Assembly (NCBI GenBank): GCA_040081625.1 | Contig: JBEBGD010000007.1 | Coordinates: 39,526-103,525 of the forward strand | Length of the DNA stretch: 64,000 bases | Direction of reading: 5' to 3' | Source of the DNA: Chthoniobacteraceae bacterium | GTDB taxonomy: Bacteria > Verrucomicrobiota > Verrucomicrobiia > Chthoniobacterales > Chthoniobacteraceae | Shown here: positions 28,526 through 38,072 of the stretch, piece after piece | How the letters are laid out: the number at the start of each line of letters is the position of its first letter | Position numbering within the stretch: position 1 is the first letter of the stretch | Position numbers and translations under genes: made by a program | The notes under the pieces: generated by a model | What the model saw: only the letters and a program-made list of their open reading frames with translations | Database searches by the model: none | Told to the model about the DNA's origin: nothing

Positions 28526-28891
28526 TCAGATCAGGCGAACGCAAGTCAGCTCGATCCGCGCGAGCCGAAGCACCGGCTGTGTCGCGCGTGCGACAGCAAC
28601 AAAGTCATCGCGCTCGCAGCCAAACTGTTTCGGCAGCAGCGAAACGACCGACTGAAGCCCCGCCTTGAAATCAAACGCAACACCACTCGACGGGACATTG
28701 ATCGGCTGAACAGGCGCGCCACTCGACTCGCAGCAACTCGCCTCAGTCATCGGCAAACAGCATCCTCCGCACGCTACCTTCGCGCCTTCCCCACAGCCGC
28801 CGCGCGCGCCGACCGGCGCGCCGATAAGTCCGGCAAACACGGCGATGATGAGCAGTGCGCGAGCGATCACGACCGCAAGGTGCCGCCGCAT
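28526..28891 (-). CDS. Cys-rich small exported/leader protein upstream of cusB
   Basis: N-terminal hydrophobic stretch; CGEGAKVACGGCCLPMTEASCCES; C-terminus LTCVRLI. Confidence 0.6.
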   Translation of the reverse strand: MRRHLAVVIARALLIIAVFAGLIGAPVGARGGCGEGAKVACGGCCLPMTEASCCESSGAPVQPINVPSSGVAFDFKAGLQSVVSLLPKQFGCERDDFVAVARATQPVLRLARIELTCVRLI

Positions 28892-28919
28892 TCCGCCGCG
28901 GTCAACCGCCCATCGCGGC

Positions 28920-30074
28920 TCACAGCTTGTGATAGATCAGCTCGAGCGCGAGCACGCAGTAGCTGGTGACGAGCACCGGATCGCTCTCCATCCAGCGCCC
29001 CGTGTCATTCACCCAATGGCCGTCGCCCTTTTGGAGGTTGAGCAGCTTGAGCGCGACCTCGCGCTTCCAATCCACCTTCCGGCCGTCCGCCAGCACGAGA
29101 GTGTCCACTCCCGCCGCGGCGAGGCCCTTGGTCATGAGGTGATAGTAATAAAAAAGCCCCTGCGCCTCCATGCCGGGATTTTTCTCGAGGGTGAAGTTTC
29201 CCTTCAGCCAGCCGAGCGCGCCTTGCACGCGCGGATCGTCGGCTTTCACATCGGCGTAGAGCAGGCTGAGCATGCCGCCGTAGGTCATCGAACCGTAACT
29301 GCGCCACGCGGTCTTGCCGGGCGCGGGCTCGAAGCTGCCCGCGTTGCTGAAGCCGGGGAAATAGATGAAGCCGCCCTTGTTCCCCTGCTCCTCGCTCACC
29401 CACGGCTCCTTGTTTGTCGCGGCGAGGTTCTGAGTCCGGCTGATGAAATCGGCGGCGGCTTTCCAGTTCAGATCCTTCGCGCCCGCGAGTTCGGAGTTCG
29501 GCCGCATCTTTTCGTAAAGCCGCAGCGCCTCGAGCGCGACGAGCGTGTTGTCGAGGTCGGGATGCTGGCGCTTCGGGCTCGCGCCAGTCGGGCCGTAGCC
29601 GAAGCCGCCGCTGGTCTCGGGCTTGGCCATGTTCGTAGCCTGCTGGCCCGCGATGAACCTGCGCGCCGCCTCGATCAGCGGCTCGTCCTTCGGCTCGCCG
29701 GTGCTCAGCAGCGCCATCATCACCACGCTCGTGTTGTAATTGGAGAGCCCGCTCCCATAGATGCCGCCGTCCGGCTTCGCGAACGTCCGCAGGTGCGCGT
29801 AGGCCTTGCGCAAAAACTCGGGCGGCTGCTTGAGATTGCGCCCCGACGGCTCGCGCTGGAAAGCCACCACCGCGAGCGCCGTGAGCGCGGGATGATCGGC
29901 GCTCGACCACGAGCCGTCCGCCTTCTGCTGACTCTTGAGCCACGACAGCCCGCGGTCGATCGCCGTCTGCACTTCGTTGCGCAGCGAGAGATTCTTCGGG
30001 TCATCGAGCGCCGCCCTGTCCTGCGCGAACGCAGTGGCGGTGAAGGCGAGAGCGGCGAGTAGTTGGTGTTTCAT
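28920..30074 (-). CDS. secreted prenyltransferase/squalene-cyclase-repeat (QW motif) protein
   Basis: Signal peptide; WLKSQQKADGSW; GGFGYG; HPDLDNT; YGSMTYGG; GLFYYY; LQKGDGHW; ATG overlaps the upstream stop. Confidence 0.85.
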   Translation of the reverse strand: MKHQLLAALAFTATAFAQDRAALDDPKNLSLRNEVQTAIDRGLSWLKSQQKADGSWSSADHPALTALAVVAFQREPSGRNLKQPPEFLRKAYAHLRTFAKPDGGIYGSGLSNYNTSVVMMALLSTGEPKDEPLIEAARRFIAGQQATNMAKPETSGGFGYGPTGASPKRQHPDLDNTLVALEALRLYEKMRPNSELAGAKDLNWKAAADFISRTQNLAATNKEPWVSEEQGNKGGFIYFPGFSNAGSFEPAPGKTAWRSYGSMTYGGMLSLLYADVKADDPRVQGALGWLKGNFTLEKNPGMEAQGLFYYYHLMTKGLAAAGVDTLVLADGRKVDWKREVALKLLNLQKGDGHWVNDTGRWMESDPVLVTSYCVLALELIYHKL

Positions 30075-30790
30075 TTTGTTTCGGAAGTTCCCTCGCTGAG
30101 CGTGATGATGATCTCGACCGGAGTATCGACAGGCGGCACTGCCTTCTCGTTCACCGCCCACGCCTTGTCATCATCGTTGCCACGGCGCGGATTATTGATT
30201 AGCGCGCCGGGGTTCGTGATCACCGATGCGAAAAGCCCCTGCTGCTGAGCGAGAAAGCCGCCATCCTGGCCAAACATCGAGCCGGAGTAGATCCACGGTC
30301 CGCGCGGCGCGGCGCGGCGCGTCTTCTCGTTCATCAGCCAGTCCTCGACCGGCGCGGTCTGCTCGACGCCCGCCTTGTCCTTCCACTTCACGCTGAAGGT
30401 CACGTTGTCGCCCTTGAGCCGCGGGGCCTTGCGCAGGTAGTCGGCATCGATCTGCGCCGGCGGCGCGTCGCCCGGCTGCGGCGCGAGCAAGCCGGCGCCC
30501 TTTGCGCCGAGCAGCAGCATCGCGAAGTGCAAGTCCGACGGCTGAATCTCCGATGTGAGCAAGCTCTCATGCGTCGGCCCCATCGGCGTCACGAGCACGT
30601 ATTCCACGAAATCCTTCGCCTGATTCAGCCTGCCGGAAAACGACACCGAACGCGCGTTCTTATCGAGCCGCAACGCGCCGAGTTGGAAAACGCCAGGCCC
30701 GATTTCTTTCATCACAGACCGCTCCTGCGCGCGGACGCCCTGCACGCCCAGCAGCGCCGGGACGACGAGGAGCAAACGGGCCCATTTCAT
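30071..30790 (-). CDS. YdjY-domain secreted protein
   Basis: LDKNARSVSFSG..VEYVLV..THESLL..LHFAMLLLG; WIYSGS; signal peptide. Confidence 0.7.
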   Translation of the reverse strand: MKWARLLLVVPALLGVQGVRAQERSVMKEIGPGVFQLGALRLDKNARSVSFSGRLNQAKDFVEYVLVTPMGPTHESLLTSEIQPSDLHFAMLLLGAKGAGLLAPQPGDAPPAQIDADYLRKAPRLKGDNVTFSVKWKDKAGVEQTAPVEDWLMNEKTRRAAPRGPWIYSGSMFGQDGGFLAQQQGLFASVITNPGALINNPRRGNDDDKAWAVNEKAVPPVDTPVEIIITLSEGTSETK

Positions 30791-30830
30791 CGCGAGAGCC
30801 GCGCAGCGTCGCCAGACGCCGGGAGCATCA

Positions 30831-30956
30831 TCACCGCGAGCACTGTCCCTCACCACAGCACGACTTGGCCGGCACTTTGCGCTCCACGATACCCGTGGCG
30901 CAGGCGCTGAACGCGACGGTGATGACGATGGCGAGGAGGACGGTGAGGAGTTTCAT
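30831..30956 (-). CDS. small Cys-rich lipoprotein (41 aa; below the ORF-track size limit)
   Basis: MKLLTVLLAIVITVAFSACATGIVERKVPAKSCCGEGQCSR; lipobox-like FSAC; GC-rich third codon positions. Confidence 0.65.
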   Translation of the reverse strand: MKLLTVLLAIVITVAFSACATGIVERKVPAKSCCGEGQCSR

Positions 30957-31149
30957 CGGCCCGCATACTGCGCGAGACCCCCTCCCGGGCGCAACCCCGA
31001 ATTCCCGCAACCCCGATCGGCGAGCTGTCGCCGTGCGCGTGCGCGAGGCGATTGGCGGTGGGCTGTGAAGGCAGCCTGCCGATGCGGGTAAGCGTTGGCT
31101 TCACGCCGCCATTGCCGCGCATTTGCGCGGCGTGTAACCTCGCGCGCCC

Positions 31150-33546
31150 ATGGAAGAATCCGCCGAGCCTTTAGTCCACACCTGCCACACGTGCGGCACG
31201 CTGATCGATATCAACGACCAGGAGCCGCTCACGCTCGTTCACTGCCCGTCGTGCGGCACCGGGCAGCGCGTGCGGACAAAGTTCGACCACTTCGAAATCC
31301 AGGAAGTGCTCGGCGCGGGCGGAATGGGCGCGGTGTATCGCGCGTGGGACACGACGCTCAACCGCCCGGTCGCGCTCAAGCTGCTGCGCAAGGAATTCGG
31401 ATCGGACCCGGCGTTCGTCGCGCAGTTCCAGCGCGAAGCGGCGATCACCGCGCAGATGAATCATCCGCACATCGTGAAGGTCTATTCGACCGGCAACGAC
31501 CACGGGCTGCTCTACATCGCCATGGAACTCGTGGACAAGGGCTCGCTCGACGACTTGATGACGCTGCAAGGCCGCGTCGCCGAGGCGCAGGTGCTCGAGA
31601 TCGGCGCGCAGATCGCGCGCGGGCTCGACGCGGCGCTCCAGCGCGGGCTGATCCATCGCGATGTGAAGCCTGGCAATATTCTCTTCACCGATGCGCACTC
31701 GGCAAAGATCGTCGATTTCGGCCTCGCCACGCTCCAGGAGCACGCGGGAAAGGTCGGCGGCGAAGTCTGGGGCACGCCTTATTACGTCGCGCCGGAGAAG
31801 CTCGACACGCCGCCGCGCGAGGATTTCCGCAGCGACCTCTACTCGCTCGGCGCCACACTTTTTCACGCGCTCGCGGGCCGGCCGCCGTTCGAGGCGGAGA
31901 CGGCGTCGATGGTCGCGCTCAAGCATCTCAAGTCGCAGGCGGTGAGCCTCCAGGCATTCGCGCCCGACGTGTCGAGCGCGACGGCATTCGTCGTGAACAA
32001 GGCGCTGAGCAAGGAACCCGCGGATCGCTACCAGAGCTACACGGAACTTGCCGAACACCTCGACTACGCCCGGGCGCAATTGACCAAAGCCGGCGCCGGC
32101 GCTTCGCACAAGCGCGCGCGAGTGAGGATGGAAAGCGCGGACGACGCGCGGACGATGAGTTGGATTACTTTTGCGATGATCGCCATCGTCGTGATGGGCG
32201 GCGTGGGAGCGTGGGTGATGCGCGACAAGCTTTTCGGCAAGCGGCAGATGCAGGTCACGCCGGAGATGCTGGCCCAGCGCAAGGTGCGGGCCGAGCAGGA
32301 GCAGCGCTTCGCCGCCACGCGCGCCGTGCTCGTGCGCGGCGAGTTCGCCAAGGCCGCGACGGGTTTCGCGGCCTTCGCCGAGGAGCCCGACGTGCCGAAG
32401 CCGCTGCTCAACTGGCTGACCGTTCACGAGGGCCTCGCACACCTTTTCGCCGGCGATGAAAAGACCGCGCGCCGGGTCTTCTCGCGGCTCGAGGCACGCC
32501 CGCCGACCGGGCGCGGCGCGGTCGAGCGCAAGCAGTCGGAGTTTTTCATCAACCTCGGCAAGACGCTCCAGGCCGCGCGCCCCATCCCCTCCGACGCCGC
32601 GCAATACTACGACAAGACCAACTACGAATGCGTCGCGCTGCTGCTGGCCGGGCTCAAGGACTGGATGCTTGGCGATTACGACGAAGGCGGCCGGCTCCTG
32701 CGCCAGTTCCAGAGCTCCACGCCCGATGGGACCGCGCCGTGGCTGATCGACTACAAGGAGCTGCTCACGCCGTTCCTCGACGAGGTCACCGTCTTCCGCA
32801 GCGTCGCCGAACTGCTGAAGGAGACCGACCTCGCGAAGGCACGCACGCAGCTCGACAAGCTCAAGGCCGCGCGCGCCAAGCTCAAGGTCAACGCGACGCT
32901 GCGCGAGCAGGTGGACGCGGTGATCACGCGCATCGAGAAGGAAAGCGAAGCCGCGGACATGGCCGCGAAGGAGCAGGTCGCGAAGGCCGAGGCCGAGGAC
33001 GAAGCGAAGCTCGCCGATGCGCGCGCCAAGGGCACCGCGCTGCTCGGGCAGCTGAAATTCGCCGAGGCCTACGCGATCGGCGAAGCCGCGAAGCCCGCGA
33101 CCGACAAGACGAGGAAAGCGCACGGGATCCTCATGCAGCGCCTCGACGCGCTCGTGAAATTCAAGGCGCAACTCGTCAAGGATCTCGGCAGCCCCGGTTA
33201 CACCGGGCCGCTCGTGCGCGTGACCGGCGTCGCCATTCCACCCGGCACCCTCACCGGCAGCGACGCCGACCTGAGCATTCGCTCGCAGTTCGGCCTCATC
33301 CCGCTGAACTGGACCGACCTCTCGATGGATTCGCTCATCACGATCGCGCAGAGCTTCATCAAACCCGGGCTCCCGCCCGAGGAAGCCGGCGAGCGCCAGT
33401 GGCTGCTCGGCAATTTCGCGCTGGTCATGGGCCGCGGCGCCGTCGCGCAACAGGCGCTCAACGCCGCCGCCGCCGCCAAGCCCGAATACAAGGACGCCGT
33501 CGCCACGCTCCTGGCTCCGCCGCCGCCAGCGGAGAAAAAGGAATAG
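31150..33546 (+). CDS. Hanks-type Ser/Thr protein kinase with N-terminal Zn ribbon, a TM segment and a helical C-terminal domain
   Basis: CHTC..CPSC; LGAGGMGAVY; VALK; HRDVKPGN; DFG; GTPYYVAPE; TM WITFAMIAIVVMGGVGAW. Confidence 0.93.
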   Translation: MEESAEPLVHTCHTCGTLIDINDQEPLTLVHCPSCGTGQRVRTKFDHFEIQEVLGAGGMGAVYRAWDTTLNRPVALKLLRKEFGSDPAFVAQFQREAAITAQMNHPHIVKVYSTGNDHGLLYIAMELVDKGSLDDLMTLQGRVAEAQVLEIGAQIARGLDAALQRGLIHRDVKPGNILFTDAHSAKIVDFGLATLQEHAGKVGGEVWGTPYYVAPEKLDTPPREDFRSDLYSLGATLFHALAGRPPFEAETASMVALKHLKSQAVSLQAFAPDVSSATAFVVNKALSKEPADRYQSYTELAEHLDYARAQLTKAGAGASHKRARVRMESADDARTMSWITFAMIAIVVMGGVGAWVMRDKLFGKRQMQVTPEMLAQRKVRAEQEQRFAATRAVLVRGEFAKAATGFAAFAEEPDVPKPLLNWLTVHEGLAHLFAGDEKTARRVFSRLEARPPTGRGAVERKQSEFFINLGKTLQAARPIPSDAAQYYDKTNYECVALLLAGLKDWMLGDYDEGGRLLRQFQSSTPDGTAPWLIDYKELLTPFLDEVTVFRSVAELLKETDLAKARTQLDKLKAARAKLKVNATLREQVDAVITRIEKESEAADMAAKEQVAKAEAEDEAKLADARAKGTALLGQLKFAEAYAIGEAAKPATDKTRKAHGILMQRLDALVKFKAQLVKDLGSPGYTGPLVRVTGVAIPPGTLTGSDADLSIRSQFGLIPLNWTDLSMDSLITIAQSFIKPGLPPEEAGERQWLLGNFALVMGRGAVAQQALNAAAAAKPEYKDAVATLLAPPPPAEKKE

Positions 33547-33549
33547 CCG

Positions 33550-34080
33550 ATGCCGTCGCGCTCCAACCTCATCCTCACCGGCTTCATGGGCAGTGGAAAG
33601 AGCGCCATCGGGCGCATCATCGCGCATCGGCTGCGCTTTCAGTTCCTCGACACCGATACGCTCGTGAGCGAGCGCGCCGGGATGGATATCCCGGAGATTT
33701 TCGCGCGGCACGGCGAGGCGCACTTCCGCGAACTGGAGACGCGTGCGATCGAGTCACTCGCCGGGTTGGATCGCTACGTCATCGCCACGGGAGGCGGCTC
33801 GGCGCTGGGCGAGGGAAACCGCGCGCTGCTGCGGGCGCTTGGCTTTGTGGTGCTGCTGACCGCGCGCGAGGATATCCTCTTCGACCGCGTGTCGCGGACC
33901 ACGAAACGGCCACTGCTTCACACCGAGGATCCGCGCGCGACCGTCGCCGCCCTGCTCGCCGAACGCCAGCCTGCCTACGATGCCGCGGCCCACTGGACGC
34001 TCGACACCTCGAACCTCGACCGCGAAGCCGCCAGCGACGCCGTCGTGGCTGCGGCGCGCGAGGCGTTCGGCTGGCGTTAA
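33550..34080 (+). CDS. aroK: shikimate kinase
   Basis: GFMGSGKS, DTD, GEAHFRELE, IATGGG, RPLL. Confidence 0.95.
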   Translation: MPSRSNLILTGFMGSGKSAIGRIIAHRLRFQFLDTDTLVSERAGMDIPEIFARHGEAHFRELETRAIESLAGLDRYVIATGGGSALGEGNRALLRALGFVVLLTAREDILFDRVSRTTKRPLLHTEDPRATVAALLAERQPAYDAAAHWTLDTSNLDREAASDAVVAAAREAFGWR

Positions 34081-37000
34081 GGCGCGACGACCATCCCCAC
34101 GCTCCCGGCATCGGTGGTGCCGAGGAAGAAGCCGGCGACCGTCTTGTCGCGCAGCACGAGCACGCCCCGGTATTTCACCGCCTTCTTCGCCGGCTTGAAG
34201 TTGCCGCTGACCAGCCCGGTGCGTCCGTCCAATTTCGTCGTGGCCTTCGCGTCGTCGCTGCCCGCGACGACGACCGCCTTCGCGCCGGTGAATGTGAAGC
34301 GGCTCGACAGCATCGCGAAGAGGCCGCCGCGATCGAACGTCGCGACGAGCTGCCCGCCCATGAGATCGAGCGGCGGCGTGTTCTTCGCGGGCACGGTGTG
34401 CCTGCCGCCAAAGGGCATCATCTTCGTGCCGAACCCGCCGGGGAATCGCCTGGACTTGGATTGCGCCGGCTTCTCCCAGCGCGCCGTGGTGCCGGGCGCG
34501 GGCTCGATGGTGCCAGCCATGGTATCGACGATGAGTTCGCCGTCGAAGGTGCCGCCTTTGCCTTTGGCCAGCAGGGCGCGGAAGGGCATCTTGCCATCCG
34601 GATCGACGACAGACTTCGCGGAGAAGGTGGAGCCATCGGGCAGCGCGCCGACGAGCGTGGCGCGCGCGTTCGCGCCCTGGCGCACCACTGCAAAGCCGCT
34701 GCCGGCGGGCAGGCCGCTGGCGCTGGTCGGGTCGGAGAATTCCGTGGGATCGAAGCGCATCGTGAAGTCGCTCTTCGGCCGGGGCGCGGCGCCGGGCACG
34801 GCGGCGAAGGCCTGGCCCGCGCGCATGATGAGCGTGCGTCCGTTGAAGGCGATGCGCGCCTCGATGCCGGCGGGCGTCGTGCGCACCGCACCGCCGAAGC
34901 TCCGGCCCGAGGCGATGCGCGTGCCGCGATTCGCAGCCATCGTTCCCTTCACCGAGACGCTGCGCGCGCCGACCTGGAAGCGCGCGCTGAAGCGCCGGCC
35001 CCGCGAGAGCGCGAACTGCGCGAAGCCCGCGGCGATCTGGTCGGGAGACGGGATGAGCGCGAGTTCGCGCGGGATCAGCGAGCCGTCGGGATCGTCGAAG
35101 ATCAGCCCCGCGTATTCGCCCGTGATCGCGATGTCGCTGAGCACATCGACCGTCGCCATCGCGGTGAGCGCGGGCGTCTGGTCGTCCTTGATCGTGTAGG
35201 TGAATGTGTCGCGGCCGCCGTTGTCGAAGAACGCCTGCGTGGGCGTATAGACGAGCGTCCCGCCGACCTGCGCGACGCCACCGTAGGTGCCTTGCGTGAA
35301 GCCTTGGATCTCGATCGCGTCGTCGTCGAGGTCCACGTCGTTGTCGAGCACCTCGCCGGGGAAGTCGCCGGTGGTAGCGGTGACGAGGATCGTGTCGTTG
35401 AGCGCGACGGGCGCGCCGTTCGGCGTGGTAAAGACAACCTGCCCGCCGTTCACCACGACCGCATCCGCACCGAAGCCGACCTTCGCATTGAACTGCGCGA
35501 CGTAGGTGCGGTGCCCCTTCAGCCCGGTGATGACTTGCGAGAGCGGCTCCGTCCCGTGGAAGCCGCCGGTGAAAAGGTGCGCGCTCTCGTTGTCGAGGTT
35601 CAGCGAGTCGGTGCCGAAGGTGAACCAATACTCCACGTTGTATCCGTTGTTCGTCAGGTTGCCGGAGAGTGTCGCGATGTGCGCGGCGATCCCACTCGCG
35701 GGCTGCGTGCCGCCGGTCGCCTGCGGGGTGGTGAAAATCTTGAAGATCGTGCCGCCTCCATTCGGGCCACCCGCCTCGGTGACGCCGTAGATCGCGCCTG
35801 CGGCGGAGTTGAAAGTCAGGCCGGCACTCGGGGTGGTGCCCGCGTTGATGGCCGGGAGGGTGACGGGGAACTCGAAGAGAACCCGCGTCGTGCCGTCGGT
35901 GTCGGTGCGATAAAGCAAGCCGGTGCCATTCGCGCCGCCCGACTCGACGGCGCCGTAGATGCGCCCCTGCGTATCCTGCGCGAGCGGAGCGAGGATGTGT
36001 TCGTCGGCCTGGTGCACGCTGACCTGGCCGACCTTGCTCGCCTTCCCCGTGCTCGAAAGCCGGACGATCGCGACGACGTCATCGCCGCCCGTGGCCTGAA
36101 CGAGGAAGCTGCCGCCCGGTTCGCGCAGCAGAGGGCCGACGGGATTGCTGCCCACGGAGCCGCCGAAGTTGGTGAAGGTCACCACATTGCCGCCCATGCC
36201 GAGGCGGAAGACCTTACCCGGGCCCGGGCCCTCGAGGACGCCGAGGTAGTGCAACCCATCGCCGACCGGCACCAGCGGACCGGAAAAGCTGTCGTCCGGC
36301 GTCCCGATCGCGGGCAGGCCCGCGCCGGGATTGATCCGCGTGATCGTGCTGCCGCTGAGTCGGTAGGCTGCGAGAGCATCGGGACCGTCGCCGCCACTGG
36401 TCAGCGAATGCGCGAGGCCGAAGAACGTGCCGGAGCCATCGTGCGCAAGCCCCTCAGCGGGACGGATGACTCCGGTTGCTTCGCTCGTATCGGTGAACGA
36501 CGCGCGCGTGCTGAGGACGCCCGCCGGCGTGATCTGCAAGATGCGTCCGTTCCCGTTCATGCCGCCGTATTGATCCGTGATCAGCACGTTATTCGCCGGG
36601 TCGAGCGCGAGGAATTGTTCGCGAAAGTTCGAGGAATCCGCCGGCAACGGCGCGAGCAAGCTGACCGCACTCGCCGGCGGCTGCTTGATCACGGTGCCGC
36701 GGAAGTTTGCGCCGCCCGCGCGAGTCAGCGTGTGGAGCGTGCCGCCGGGTGTGAAGACCACCGGGCTGTTTGGGATCGTGCCGAGGCCTGTGCCGGCGTC
36801 GGGCGTGGCCAGTGTGATCACATCCACCGAGCCGGGGAGCGGCACGCGCACGATCTCGTCGTCCGTGGTCGTGAGGAAGGTCGTGCCGAACTCGAGCGCG
36901 AGCCCGAACTGCGGATAGCCCAGGACGGCTTCACCCGAACTGCCGTCGAAGAGTGCCTCCGTCGAGACCACGCCCGCGGGCGTGATCCGAAATACGCCGC

Positions 37001-38015
37001 CGCGGCCCGAGGATTGGGTGTCCGCACACACCACGAGCAGGTCCCCATTCGTCGCGAACGCAAGCGGCGCGAGCGGATGCGCAGGCCCCGAGCCAAAGCC
37101 GAAACTGAACGCCACGAGGATGCTCGGCGTGCCCGCTGGATCGATCTTCCAGATGAAGCCCGCATTGCCCTGCTGCGTGCCGTTTCGCGACTCACCGACG
37201 CCGTATAGCGTGCCATCGGGCGCTGCGATGGGGCGGCCGGTCGGGTTCGCGCCGGGCAGTGTGCCGCCATCGCCGGTGAAGGTCGCGAGCGTCGTCACGG
37301 TCCCGTCCGCATTCACGCGAAAGACCGTGCCATTCTCCTTCGCGCCGCCCTCGGGCAGCACGCCCACGAGCGTGCCGTCCGGTCGCGCGAGCAGCGGGTT
37401 GGTCCTGGAACCGCCGCCCGAATCGCCGGAGATGCTGAACTCGAACAGGAACTGGTAACGCCCGTCCGGCGAGACGCGGAAGAGCCCCGGGCGTCCGCGC
37501 CCGCTCGATCCAGAGCCGAGCATGCCGTAGAAATTTCTATCCGCGCCGAGCGTCAACCCTGCGCTCGGCTCGAATCCCGGCGCCGCGCCGTCGTGACCGG
37601 AGAGATCGACGAGCGTCTCGACCGCGCCGGCGATCGTCGTGCGAAAGACCGTGCCCGCGCCGAATCGCCCGCCTTCGTTGGTGACGCCGTAGAAGTAGGT
37701 GCCGCCGTCATGCACCAGCTCGCCGATCGGAAAGCGCCCGCGCGCGCCCGAATCCGGCAGCCCGAAGCTCGCCAATACGGTCGCCGTGCCATTCGCGTCG
37801 ACCTCGAAGAACGTGCCGTAGCCAAACGCGCCGCCATGCTCCGACACGCCGTAAAAAACGCTCCCCTGAACGACGAGCCCATTGCGGAAGTCGGAGATCG
37901 CCGTGCTGAATCCGTGAACGAGCAAGGGTCTGACTTCGGGAGCGCCGTCGGCGGCGCCAATGCGCGCAAGCAAGACCAGCCCGCCCGCAAGGAGTGAAAG
38001 CCGCAGTGTTTTCAT
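34077..38015 (-). CDS. GloVer-type tandem repeat surface protein with an Ig-like domain and a conserved C-terminal domain (paralog 1)
   Basis: Signal peptide; repeats YGVT..GG..G.GTVFR; PNGAPVALND..VLDNDVDLD..LVYTP..DTFTYTIKD. Confidence 0.85.
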   Translation of the reverse strand: MKTLRLSLLAGGLVLLARIGAADGAPEVRPLLVHGFSTAISDFRNGLVVQGSVFYGVSEHGGAFGYGTFFEVDANGTATVLASFGLPDSGARGRFPIGELVHDGGTYFYGVTNEGGRFGAGTVFRTTIAGAVETLVDLSGHDGAAPGFEPSAGLTLGADRNFYGMLGSGSSGRGRPGLFRVSPDGRYQFLFEFSISGDSGGGSRTNPLLARPDGTLVGVLPEGGAKENGTVFRVNADGTVTTLATFTGDGGTLPGANPTGRPIAAPDGTLYGVGESRNGTQQGNAGFIWKIDPAGTPSILVAFSFGFGSGPAHPLAPLAFATNGDLLVVCADTQSSGRGGVFRITPAGVVSTEALFDGSSGEAVLGYPQFGLALEFGTTFLTTTDDEIVRVPLPGSVDVITLATPDAGTGLGTIPNSPVVFTPGGTLHTLTRAGGANFRGTVIKQPPASAVSLLAPLPADSSNFREQFLALDPANNVLITDQYGGMNGNGRILQITPAGVLSTRASFTDTSEATGVIRPAEGLAHDGSGTFFGLAHSLTSGGDGPDALAAYRLSGSTITRINPGAGLPAIGTPDDSFSGPLVPVGDGLHYLGVLEGPGPGKVFRLGMGGNVVTFTNFGGSVGSNPVGPLLREPGGSFLVQATGGDDVVAIVRLSSTGKASKVGQVSVHQADEHILAPLAQDTQGRIYGAVESGGANGTGLLYRTDTDGTTRVLFEFPVTLPAINAGTTPSAGLTFNSAAGAIYGVTEAGGPNGGGTIFKIFTTPQATGGTQPASGIAAHIATLSGNLTNNGYNVEYWFTFGTDSLNLDNESAHLFTGGFHGTEPLSQVITGLKGHRTYVAQFNAKVGFGADAVVVNGGQVVFTTPNGAPVALNDTILVTATTGDFPGEVLDNDVDLDDDAIEIQGFTQGTYGGVAQVGGTLVYTPTQAFFDNGGRDTFTYTIKDDQTPALTAMATVDVLSDIAITGEYAGLIFDDPDGSLIPRELALIPSPDQIAAGFAQFALSRGRRFSARFQVGARSVSVKGTMAANRGTRIASGRSFGGAVRTTPAGIEARIAFNGRTLIMRAGQAFAAVPGAAPRPKSDFTMRFDPTEFSDPTSASGLPAGSGFAVVRQGANARATLVGALPDGSTFSAKSVVDPDGKMPFRALLAKGKGGTFDGELIVDTMAGTIEPAPGTTARWEKPAQSKSRRFPGGFGTKMMPFGGRHTVPAKNTPPLDLMGGQLVATFDRGGLFAMLSSRFTFTGAKAVVVAGSDDAKATTKLDGRTGLVSGNFKPAKKAVKYRGVLVLRDKTVAGFFLGTTDAGSVGMVVAP

Positions 38016-38072
38016 AAGACGTAAGTTCCTGTTCGTAGCGCTTACGCCCCGCCACCTGCGCGGTCAACAAAC

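Noticed and set aside
28920..30074. Canonical squalene-hopene cyclase (shc)
   Set aside because: Much shorter than a two-domain SHC, has a signal peptide and shows DxDN rather than DxDD.
32628..37208. 1526-aa plus-strand ORF and similar long overlapping ORFs
   Set aside because: High-GC stop-poor shadow frames overlapping well-supported genes, with no motifs.
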